Of a stretch of DNA of 20,000 nt, positions 9,026-15,575 are shown one piece after another. The first letter of the stretch is position 1; every line of letters begins with the position of its first letter. The stretch lies in IMG/VR virus record IMGVR_UViG_3300035428_000406. One strand, given 5' to 3'. This DNA is from an uncultured virus (IMG/VR IMGVR_UViG_3300035428_000406) (taxonomy: Duplodnaviria > Heunggongvirae > Uroviricota > Caudoviricetes). The notes beneath the pieces were generated by a model, which ran no database searches, was not told where the DNA came from, and was given only the letters and a program-made list of their open reading frames with translations. The translations under genes were made by a program, and so were the position numbers.

Positions 9026-9688
9026 TCAATAGAGATTGAAGCACCAATACTGAAATGCAAGCTCCTCGTATTTCTCGCGGCCACGATTGTATATCTCATC
9101 GCCTCGCTCGATGAATTTTTTGAATATCCGGCAGTTCTTTTTGCTGATAGCATAGATAAAATCGCGGTTTGACCGTGCGATGTCCATGTACCATGCACGG
9201 GAGCGATCCCAGTCGAAATAATCAACGGCCTCATCAAATTCGGCCTGTGAAGCGGCAAAGGTGGTTTTGAGGTCTCCACCGAAGTGAAACATTTTCAACC
9301 ACCAATCCCACTTACAGCGAGTATCGAGAGTGAAGGGGAAGTCGCCATACTCAAATTGCTGGTCATGATTTACCATGAAGCATTGAGTGTCGGATTCTGC
9401 CAACACCTTTGCGAGAAACGGGTCCCGACGAGCTTCCATGCGCAAAGCCTTGTGCATTTCGCGAGCGTGGCGAAACTCGTCCTCGTTATACTGAACATCA
9501 TCGACAGTCAGGCGGTAGTAGTTAACGCGTGACGGTTCGGTGATAATAGCGTCGACGAGATTGCCGAAACGGAAAGCAGCCTCTTTATTCCCGAATTGGA
9601 TACGGGGGTGGAGAATGTTTTTCAGTTCGGTAAGGTCAGAGTTGGAAACCTCGCTACGATTGTAGTATTCATCGGGGTTGTGGTTCAT
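9026..9688 (-). CDS. RecE/ExoVIII-like PD-(D/E)XK exonuclease (DUF3799-like)
   Basis: VSNSDL, FRFGNLVD, RCKWDW and GDLKTT; near RecT. Confidence 0.8.
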   Translation of the reverse strand: MNHNPDEYYNRSEVSNSDLTELKNILHPRIQFGNKEAAFRFGNLVDAIITEPSRVNYYRLTVDDVQYNEDEFRHAREMHKALRMEARRDPFLAKVLAESDTQCFMVNHDQQFEYGDFPFTLDTRCKWDWWLKMFHFGGDLKTTFAASQAEFDEAVDYFDWDRSRAWYMDIARSNRDFIYAISKKNCRIFKKFIERGDEIYNRGREKYEELAFQYWCFNLY

Positions 9689-9689
9689 A

Positions 9690-10895
9690 TCACTGTGCCT
9701 TTACGTCGTCGTAATATTCGAGGCCGGCATTTTCTACGAATACGCTTTCTTTGCTCGCGAGCTTCTCGCAGAAAGTAACTTGCTTTTTGAAAATCTTGGC
9801 AAGTTCTTCGACGGACAGGGTGCAACCCTCGCGCTGCCACCACAGCGAAACAATGCCGAGAAATGCGGACGGGTCGTTAACCTTGATTTTCTTGCTTACC
9901 TTGGCTTTTGGAGTGTAGACCTGTTCGGCTTTTGCCATGCCGAAAAGCCCTGCCATTTCAGCGTTGGACTTGTCGAGTTCGGCTTTTTGCTTGGCCTCGG
10001 CTTCTGCTCGCTGTCGCTCCTGTTCCTTTCGTGCAGCTTCCTCGGCCTCACGCTTCGCCATTTCGGCCTTGAGTTGGGCAGCCTCGGCAGCATCAGCAGC
10101 AGCCATGCGCTCAAGTTCTATTTTCTTTGAGGGTAGTTTGTCAAGTATCTCGCGGCGGTATTCGTCCACCTCGAACACAAATTGTTCCTCAAAGCTGGGT
10201 AGCAGTTTTCGGAATACTTCGTTGCGAATAGCCTTTGCCTCGTCGGGCGATATGTTATAGGGCAGACGCACGGCCGACGGCGGACACCAGTCGGCAGGGA
10301 GCGTGGACTGATAGCCCGTAACGGTATCGAACACGGCTGTATAGTTGTCGAGGTTTACCTCGCTGTTCATCTTGGTAAGCTCATTGATAGAGCCGGTGAC
10401 AAGATTGTTGAACGAGCGTCGGTAGTCCTCCTCGACGTCGGCGCGATAGCCCTCTTTGGCTCTGATAAGCTCCTGTGCGGCGAGTTCGGCCTGACGGCGG
10501 CGTTCCTCTTCCTCGCGTTTCTTGGCGGCATAGGCGTTGCGGTATTGCGCGATACGATAGGGAACAGTATCTTTCTTTGTCGGGTCGATAGAGTTTTCGA
10601 GTATGGTAAACTCGGAGCGCACCTGATCGAACAGTTTTGTTACAGGCGAGCGACGTTCGTTCATGGCTTTTACCGTGCGGCGTGTTTTCTCGATAAAGAC
10701 AGCGAGACGGCGGTCGAGGTCGTCACTCATGCCGCAACGCTCAATCTCGTCGAGCAGTTGTTGGCCGGCCTCGGCGCAACGCTGACTTGACAGGGCGTTG
10801 GTTTGGTACGACTGTGGACCGGCCTGAACAATCGTAGCGATGTTTTCCTGACGCACGATAACAGCGTCGGGAACAGGAATAAGTTGGTTGCTCAT
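9690..10895 (-). CDS. coiled-coil phage protein (401 aa) between RecT and the exonuclease
   Basis: Long Glu/Ala/Lys/Arg-rich ORF. Start set to MSNQ (10895) because the upstream in-frame segment lies in a hairpin. Confidence 0.85.
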   Translation of the reverse strand: MSNQLIPVPDAVIVRQENIATIVQAGPQSYQTNALSSQRCAEAGQQLLDEIERCGMSDDLDRRLAVFIEKTRRTVKAMNERRSPVTKLFDQVRSEFTILENSIDPTKKDTVPYRIAQYRNAYAAKKREEEERRRQAELAAQELIRAKEGYRADVEEDYRRSFNNLVTGSINELTKMNSEVNLDNYTAVFDTVTGYQSTLPADWCPPSAVRLPYNISPDEAKAIRNEVFRKLLPSFEEQFVFEVDEYRREILDKLPSKKIELERMAAADAAEAAQLKAEMAKREAEEAARKEQERQRAEAEAKQKAELDKSNAEMAGLFGMAKAEQVYTPKAKVSKKIKVNDPSAFLGIVSLWWQREGCTLSVEELAKIFKKQVTFCEKLASKESVFVENAGLEYYDDVKAQ

Positions 10896-10910
10896 GTTGG
10901 TTGGATTTAG

Positions 10911-10941
10911 GCCGTGCCTACCCACGAGAGGCAGACACGGC
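10911..10941 (-). promoter_or_regulatory. 12-bp intergenic RNA hairpin
   Basis: Minus strand GCCGTGTCTGCC-TCTCGTG-GGTAGGCACGGC; fully paired only on this strand (two G:U pairs); no U-tract. Confidence 0.65.
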
Positions 10942-10948
10942 AGGGTTT

Positions 10949-11911
10949 TTAAAATGTTTCGTCGTCGTTGTCGGACTGTGAGGGGTCAACGGTAACACCT
11001 GCCGACGTGTCGGGCGCAGGTGCAAAGCTTTCGGTGGGCGCAGATGCGGGGTACTGTTGTTGGTCGTCGCCTGTCATGCCATAGAAGTCATCGTCCTGTC
11101 GGGGTGCTTCGTCAGCCTCGTATGTTGTACCCCTGCCGATACGCAGTTTCGGGTAGGTCTTGAAAGCGTGTTTGATACACTTGGCCATAAGGAAGCCACT
11201 GTCGATACGGTTGCCTTCGCCCGATGAATACAGGGCGTTGGGCACTTCGACGTAAGCCCTTGCGTTGTTATCCCACTTCTTGTTGGCCTTGCCCGAATAA
11301 CCGGCGAGGCGTCGCCAATCTTCTTCGAGCATGACAGCGTAGTCAATCGAGCCGTCGGCGCGAGTAATGCGCATGAAGCAAGCGACGGGACGTTCGGAGT
11401 TGTGGTTGATGTTGAGGGTGTATTCTACCGACTTCGTGCCGTTGTGGTCGGTAAAGCTGAATCCGTCGCCCTCGTAGACAATAACGGGGTTGTCGGCATG
11501 GCGTATCTGCCCTGCGCGTGTGCGCTGTATCAATTCGCCGTAGCCGGAGATTGTAAGAGTGCAGCGTTGCTCATAGATGTCTTTGCCGTTAGCGTCCTTT
11601 GCGCCGGTCTTGTAGCCTCGTGGCTGGAGATAGGCAAGGGCACGCGTTCCCGGCTCGACCGAGAGGCCGCAGACGGCGAGGTCGATAAACGCGATGAATA
11701 TAGACACCGGCGTACAGGCTTTGAGGTTTGCACTGTCGGCCAGTAGTCGGTTGAAGTGGATTGCTTCGCGCTCATAGGTTGCTTCGGCGTTAGCTTCGCC
11801 CCACAGCGCACCGTAAAGGTCGATGAAGCGTTGGCGCACAAGATCGTCCTTGACGATTTCCATCGGCTTCAGAGAAGCGACGTGTTGTGCAGAAACATTT
11901 ACTTTGCTCAT
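10949..11911 (-). CDS. recT: RecT-family single-strand annealing recombinase
   Basis: CTPVSIFIAFIDLAVCGLS...AYLQPR...LTISGYGEL...VIVYEGDGF...MAKCIKHAFKTYP and an acidic C-terminal tail. Confidence 0.88.
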   Translation of the reverse strand: MSKVNVSAQHVASLKPMEIVKDDLVRQRFIDLYGALWGEANAEATYEREAIHFNRLLADSANLKACTPVSIFIAFIDLAVCGLSVEPGTRALAYLQPRGYKTGAKDANGKDIYEQRCTLTISGYGELIQRTRAGQIRHADNPVIVYEGDGFSFTDHNGTKSVEYTLNINHNSERPVACFMRITRADGSIDYAVMLEEDWRRLAGYSGKANKKWDNNARAYVEVPNALYSSGEGNRIDSGFLMAKCIKHAFKTYPKLRIGRGTTYEADEAPRQDDDFYGMTGDDQQQYPASAPTESFAPAPDTSAGVTVDPSQSDNDDETF

Positions 11912-11967
11912 GTTGAGTGTTATTTAGTTAAAAAATCGGGTTGTCTGTTCGGAAGTATCACGTTTAG

Positions 11968-11999
11968 AAAAAAAGCCGGCCCCAACTCGTGAGGCCGGC
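11968..11999 (-). terminator. intrinsic terminator-like hairpin upstream of recT
   Basis: Minus strand GCCGGCCTC-ACGAGTT-GGGGCCGGC-TTTTTTT. Confidence 0.8.
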
Positions 12000-12037
12000 A
12001 TTACCTAAACATGAGCAGAATTGAAATAATCCTACTG
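11968..12037 (-). ncRNA. candidate antisense sRNA complementary to phage start-codon regions
   Basis: Lies between tRNA-like 1 and the terminator. Contains UGCUCAUGUUUAGGUA and GUAGGAUUAUUU, complementary to leaders at 14041-14064, 14384-14412, 14568-14580, 11905-11914 and 10889-10898. Confidence 0.55.
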
Positions 12038-12115
12038 TGGACGGTGCCGGAGTCGAACCAGCCTCTCTGCGTCAGCGCGCCTCAGCAGTGTTTCAGCCAA
12101 GAATACTAACCGCCC
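12038..12115 (-). tRNA. tRNA-like element 1 (atypical; no assignable anticodon)
   Basis: Acceptor GGGCGGT/ACCGTCC+A, T-arm GCTGG-TTCGACT-CCGGC, weak D-arm; anticodon arm CTGC/GCAG with a 14-nt loop. Confidence 0.6.
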
Positions 12116-12117
12116 GG

Positions 12118-12148
12118 AAAAACCGTCCACGCTTCACAGCGGAGACGG
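12118..12148 (-). terminator. GNRA-capped hairpin plus U5, terminator-like
   Basis: Minus strand CCGTCTC-CGCT-GTGA-AGCG-TGGACGG-TTTTT. Confidence 0.55.
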
Positions 12149-12195
12149 CAAGAACATTGATTGAATGTGGTTAGGAATTGATACCTATTGTGGAT

Positions 12196-12277
12196 TGGGA
12201 CAACAGGCAGGGGTCGAACCTGCGCATGTGACACTCAATTACCTGTTGAGCCGCTCTACCAACTGAGCTACTGTTGT
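12196..12277 (-). tRNA. tRNA-like element 2 (GGT at loop centre, encoded CCA, atypical)
   Basis: ACAACAG TA GCTC-AGTTGGTA-GAGC G GCTCAA-CAGGTAA-TTGAGT GTCACATGC GCAGG-TTCGACC-CCTGC CTGTTGT C CCA. Confidence 0.75.
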
Positions 12278-12472
12278 CTGGGTCAATATGTAGGGCAGCG
12301 ACTTAACGCTGCATTAAAAGTCATACTTGCTACTCACGCTCATAGCGTCCGTTCATGTGTATCGCATCGGGTATTTTATCCCCCAGATTAGCTACCGTCT
12401 CGCTATGTATGAGTTGAGGTACGCGTACCTTGCGAGGTCAGGCCACCCGCTATGGGCCGTTTTTATTGAGTG

Positions 12473-12551
12473 TGGACGGAGCAGGACTCGAACCTGCAAC
12501 CACCGGCTTTCGTTAACCGGCCTCTATCCGATTGAGTTTATGTACCCGTCC
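12473..12551 (-). tRNA. tRNA-like element 3 (ACG within an expanded loop, atypical)
   Basis: Acceptor GGACGGG/TCCGTCC+A, D-arm CTC-AATCGGATA-GAG with extra bases before it, GCCGG-TTAACGAAAG-CCGGT, T-arm GCAGG-TTCGAGT-CCTGC. Confidence 0.65.
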
Positions 12552-12558
12552 GGGCTGA

Positions 12559-12822
12559 CTATCTGAAATAGTCCTGTTTGTTATCTTTGAGCCTTTGAAG
12601 TTCTGAAACCTTGTATTCCAACTTTTGTATGCGCTTACAAGGCTCAATTTTTCCTGTATCTCGCCACCGCTCGACGTTCGATCGACCGAAGCGGCGAAAT
12701 GCCTCATTTTGGCAGATGTATTCCGGCTCTTCCTTTTTGCGTATCCGCTCTGCAAGAGCGTCGGCAAGGTCGTTGAGGAATACCGCATAGGGCACGGCTC
12801 TATCGCTAAACTGTATTGTCAT
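12559..12822 (-). CDS. Xis/MerR-like winged HTH DNA-binding protein
   Basis: YICQNEAFRRFGRSNVERWRDTGKIEP...LEYKVSEL. Confidence 0.75.
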   Translation of the reverse strand: MTIQFSDRAVPYAVFLNDLADALAERIRKKEEPEYICQNEAFRRFGRSNVERWRDTGKIEPCKRIQKLEYKVSELQRLKDNKQDYFR

Positions 12823-12967
12823 ATCCTATTTGCTCTTTGGTTATCTTCCACTTCAGGCCGGTGACCGTCTGCAAATGTGCCTTAATCTCCTTTGCTTTGG
12901 CGAGAGTGTCGGCCCATGCTTCAGTGTGATTGTCACGGCCAACCGGCCTGATGTAGTATCGTATCAT
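12806..12967 (-). CDS. small hypothetical protein (53 aa)
   Basis: MIRYYIRPVG...; ATG 12967 overlaps the upstream TGA. The longer track ORF overlaps 12964..13194. Confidence 0.7.
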   Translation of the reverse strand: MIRYYIRPVGRDNHTEAWADTLAKAKEIKAHLQTVTGLKWKITKEQIGYDNTV

Positions 12968-13194
12968 GATTTTACCCTTACTTGTTTGGCATTGTGTTCG
13001 CGCAGCTCCTTGAGTGAAGCCCGGAAAAACATTAGATAGCCACTGACATAGCCGATAATCGCGAAGCACACGGCGCAGAAGATTTGCCCTGCGAATAGGC
13101 AACGAAGGCTGTATGAAGCACCAAACAGGATAACCAACACGGAGAAGACGACCTGACCGACGTAGAATATTTTTGCTAATGTTCGCATAGTCAT
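12964..13194 (-). CDS. small membrane protein (2 TM)
   Basis: Two hydrophobic segments and a basic C-terminal tail. Confidence 0.75.
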   Translation of the reverse strand: MTMRTLAKIFYVGQVVFSVLVILFGASYSLRCLFAGQIFCAVCFAIIGYVSGYLMFFRASLKELREHNAKQVRVKS

Positions 13195-13200
13195 TATCGT

Positions 13201-13365
13201 TTAGAGTGTTTCTTGTACGGAGTCGTAGAGTTCCCAACGCAGGTCGGTCAATCGTTCGCGAGCTTCCTCTGTGTCGGCGTAATGGATAAGAATGTCGATG
13301 TCGCGGTAACGCCAGCGGCTGATATTCTCGGCTTTCTTGATGAGTTCTTTGTCGAAGTCGGTCAT
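13201..13365 (-). CDS. small hypothetical protein (54 aa)
   Basis: Own translation MTDFDKELIKKAENISRWRYRDIDILIHYADTEEARERLTDLRWELYDSVQETL; fills the gap exactly. Confidence 0.75.
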   Translation of the reverse strand: MTDFDKELIKKAENISRWRYRDIDILIHYADTEEARERLTDLRWELYDSVQETL

Positions 13366-13376
13366 GGCATTAGGTT

Positions 13377-13610
13377 TTAATAGGGTTCAACTCCGGCAGC
13401 GATAAAGGCGGCTTCTTCATCGACCGAGCCACACCATGTGTCGAGATATTCGTTGGTGGCCTGATAGGTGTTGTCGTCGTGGGCATAGCCACGAGCGGCG
13501 CAGAAAGCCGACCATGATATTTCGGCGCGCATTTCATCGAGTGCTACCTGATTGGACTTGCAGCCGGAGAGAGCGGCCATGATTGCGAGAGTGAGAATTA
13601 TTTTCTTCAT
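13377..13610 (-). CDS. small acidic lipoprotein
   Basis: Signal peptide II MKKIILTLAIMAALSG-C with LSGC lipobox. Confidence 0.8.
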   Translation of the reverse strand: MKKIILTLAIMAALSGCKSNQVALDEMRAEISWSAFCAARGYAHDDNTYQATNEYLDTWCGSVDEEAAFIAAGVEPY

Positions 13611-13622
13611 GTTTGTAGATGT

Positions 13623-14045
13623 TTATGCGGTAGCAACTCCGCGTTTTACAAGATTCTTTGATACTTTGGGGTCTTCAAGTTGCTCACAGATTGCAACTCT
13701 TTTGCCGGCTCTGACGAGTTTCGGAAGGTAGGTGTCGAGTGCGTGTTGAGGGAAACCTGCGAGATAGACCGGATTTGCTTTAGTGCTGCCGCAACGGCGC
13801 GTGAGCGTGATTTTCAGTATTTCTGACGCGAGTTGGGCATCTTCAGCAAAGGTTTCGTAGAAGTCGCCTACACGGAATAGGAGAATTGCGTCCGGGTGTT
13901 TGCGCTTCATTTCGTGATACTGTGCAATTAACGGAGTATCGGTCACTCGCTTTGTGGCGGTACTTGGCTCCACCTTTACTTCGATTGTTGAGTCCGCCCA
14001 ATCAAACAGGCTGGGTTGATTGACGAATGTGGTTGCTTTTCTCAT
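13623..14045 (-). CDS. stand-alone MutS domain I (mismatch-binding) protein
   Basis: [30 protein letters not shown]...TLTRR...[31 protein letters not shown]...LVKRGV, then stop. Confidence 0.92.
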   Translation of the reverse strand: MRKATTFVNQPSLFDWADSTIEVKVEPSTATKRVTDTPLIAQYHEMKRKHPDAILLFRVGDFYETFAEDAQLASEILKITLTRRCGSTKANPVYLAGFPQHALDTYLPKLVRAGKRVAICEQLEDPKVSKNLVKRGVATA

Positions 14046-14066
14046 GTTCAGGTAGGGATTATTTGG

Positions 14067-14387
14067 TTAAACTAATTCTGCGTCTTCGCCCTCAAACCAT
14101 TGGTCGAAGCCGTCCGCATAGCAGTATCCGGCAAGTGCTTTGAGTAAATCCCATGCCATTTCGTCAATCTTCTCGTCGGCGTCGCTAACATAGGTATCTC
14201 TGTGGCCGCCTTTTCTATACTCGACAACGACATTGGCCGTTAGAGCCTGTTTGAAGTGCTCACGTCCGGCAGGGGTCATTTTGACGGGTGGGCATACTGC
14301 GATTGAATCTATGCCGTCGACACAAACATCACGGTCTTCGCCGAGGATGTTGATTGCGTGCAGGAGGTCTTCTAATGTTACGTTCAT
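14067..14387 (-). CDS. acidic hypothetical protein (106 aa)
   Basis: ATG within the start-associated repeat. Confidence 0.8.
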   Translation of the reverse strand: MNVTLEDLLHAINILGEDRDVCVDGIDSIAVCPPVKMTPAGREHFKQALTANVVVEYRKGGHRDTYVSDADEKIDEMAWDLLKALAGYCYADGFDQWFEGEDAELV

Positions 14388-14406
14388 GTTCAGGTATGTT
14401 TTAGGA

Positions 14407-14571
14407 TTATTTGATTTTTTCTATTCCACCCTCTGCCCAACGGTTGATTGCTCTACGAGCATGGGCAAGGGATTTGTAAATTGTCTTGCGCCATTTGGCG
14501 GTTCCGTCTTTGCGCTCTTTGACTACGAATGTGTAGCCGAGGGCATCTTGGAATACGTGGGTCGTTGTCAT
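14407..14571 (-). CDS. small basic hypothetical protein (54 aa)
   Basis: Own translation MTTTHVFQDALGYTFVVKERKDGTAKWRKTIYKSLAHARRAINRWAEGGIEKIK; ATG within the repeat. Confidence 0.75.
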   Translation of the reverse strand: MTTTHVFQDALGYTFVVKERKDGTAKWRKTIYKSLAHARRAINRWAEGGIEKIK

Positions 14572-14589
14572 GTTTAGGTACTTTAGGGG

Positions 14590-14793
14590 TTATGCTATCC
14601 GGGTGATTGTGATTACACCCTTGTTACGGTCTACTTCAGTTGTTAGCGATTTACAGCCTCGCATAGTGTTGATGTTACTCGCAGCAGTGCGGACTGAAAA
14701 AAGTGCGTCGAGCGAAAATGCGACACTATCGCCAATATTGAGAGCCTTAATTGCTCCCAAGCGGTTGATTTTGTTGCCTTTTTCTTTTGTCAT
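14590..14793 (-). CDS. first early gene (cro position), small putative DNA-binding protein
   Basis: 67-aa basic ORF divergent from the repressor, just downstream of the promoter. Confidence 0.75.
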   Translation of the reverse strand: MTKEKGNKINRLGAIKALNIGDSVAFSLDALFSVRTAASNINTMRGCKSLTTEVDRNKGVITITRIA

Positions 14794-14821
14794 TTGTTAT
14801 TTATTTACTAACTTAGTGCTG

Positions 14822-14877
14822 CAAAGGTAACATATTTAACTGACAAGCCTATCATATTTGACAGTTAAATAATGTTA
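14822..14877 (-). promoter_or_regulatory. early promoter (-7 TACCTTTG) and overlapping inverted-repeat operator
   Basis: Minus-strand TACCTTTG at 14822-14829 fits Bacteroidetes TAnnTTTG. Imperfect inverted repeat TAACATATTTAACTGACAA (14828-14846) / TTGACAGTTAAATAATGTTA (14858-14877). Confidence 0.7.
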
Positions 14878-14925
14878 ATGACACGCAGATTTTTTAGACC
14901 AACTTTAATAAACTATTGATTATCA

Positions 14926-15327
14926 ATGAATTTGCAGTTGATTAAAAATTATTGTGAACGACGACCCGGCGGGCTTCGACAGCTCGCGGAAGAAGCGGAT
15001 ATGTCGGAAGCAAATCTGCACAGATGTATCCGAAACAATAAAATCCAAGCGTCTGACTTGGAAAAATTAGCGATACTTCTGCAAGTGCCTATTAACGTTT
15101 TCTTCGATGAGGCAGAGAGCACATGTATGCACATAGAAGCCCACGACCATGCACAGGCGGCTGGCCGTGATATTCTCAACGGAACAAACAAGGCAGAATT
15201 AACGAGGCTCAGAGACAAGATTGTTTACCTTGAGCAGCGCATAAAGGACAAAGACGCAACGATCGCCGAGAAAGACAAGCGTATCGCTGACAAAGACGAA
15301 CTAATTAAAGTCCTGAAAGGAGAATGA
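14926..15327 (+). CDS. XRE-family HTH repressor with C-terminal coiled coil
   Basis: LRQLAEEADMSEANLHRCIRNN...LEKLAILLQVPINVFF; divergent from the early operon. Confidence 0.88.
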   Translation: MNLQLIKNYCERRPGGLRQLAEEADMSEANLHRCIRNNKIQASDLEKLAILLQVPINVFFDEAESTCMHIEAHDHAQAAGRDILNGTNKAELTRLRDKIVYLEQRIKDKDATIAEKDKRIADKDELIKVLKGE

Positions 15328-15575
15328 AATGGGCGGTTACCTGTGTGATACTATTGGCAATACTCGGCTACGTCGCCGGCGCGATAGTCTATGCTTTCAC
15401 AGAGGCGAAGGGCAAACCGCTCCCGAATAAATACCGTTATCCGGCAGTGATAATAACAACGGCAATACTTTTTAGCCTCATGGCCCTTTGGGCTAAAAGT
15501 TGCCCAAGCACAAACGAAGAATTAACCGCCCCAAATGGGCAAACAACGACAGAACACTATGAACCAAGATACTAA
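15324..15575 (+). CDS. small 2-TM membrane protein co-transcribed with the repressor
   Basis: ATGA overlap with the repressor; two hydrophobic helices. Confidence 0.75.
   Translation: MKWAVTCVILLAILGYVAGAIVYAFTEAKGKPLPNKYRYPAVIITTAILFSLMALWAKSCPSTNEELTAPNGQTTTEHYEPRY

Larger units (their letters stand above)
14041..14590 (-). repeat. start-associated repeat TACCT(A/G)AACATGA x3, with upstream AAATAATCC box x2
   Basis: Copies at 14041-14054, 14384-14396 and 14568-14580 each contain a gene's ATG; boxes at 14056-14064 and 14402-14412. Confidence 0.8.

Noticed and set aside
12011..12109. Plus-strand 32-aa ORF MSRIEIILLW... beginning within the TACCTAAACATG motif
   Set aside because: It is antisense to tRNA-like 1, has no visible promoter and no recognisable protein features; kept only as an alternative explanation.
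12153..12167. AACATTGATTGAATG resembling the repressor start region (AACTATTGATTATCAATG) as a second antisense guide
   Set aside because: Only a 7-nt contiguous AT-rich match, which is within chance.
11968..12551. CRISPR mini-array or DGR template repeat
   Set aside because: There are no equal-length direct repeats with spacers, no reverse transcriptase and no adenine-specific variant copy in the window.
41..14830. Many plus-strand and alternate-frame ORFs in the track (e.g. 41..418, 6680..7234, 7546..8109, 9678..10130, 12188..12391, 12327..12566)
   Set aside because: They are shadows of well-supported minus-strand genes or RNA elements.
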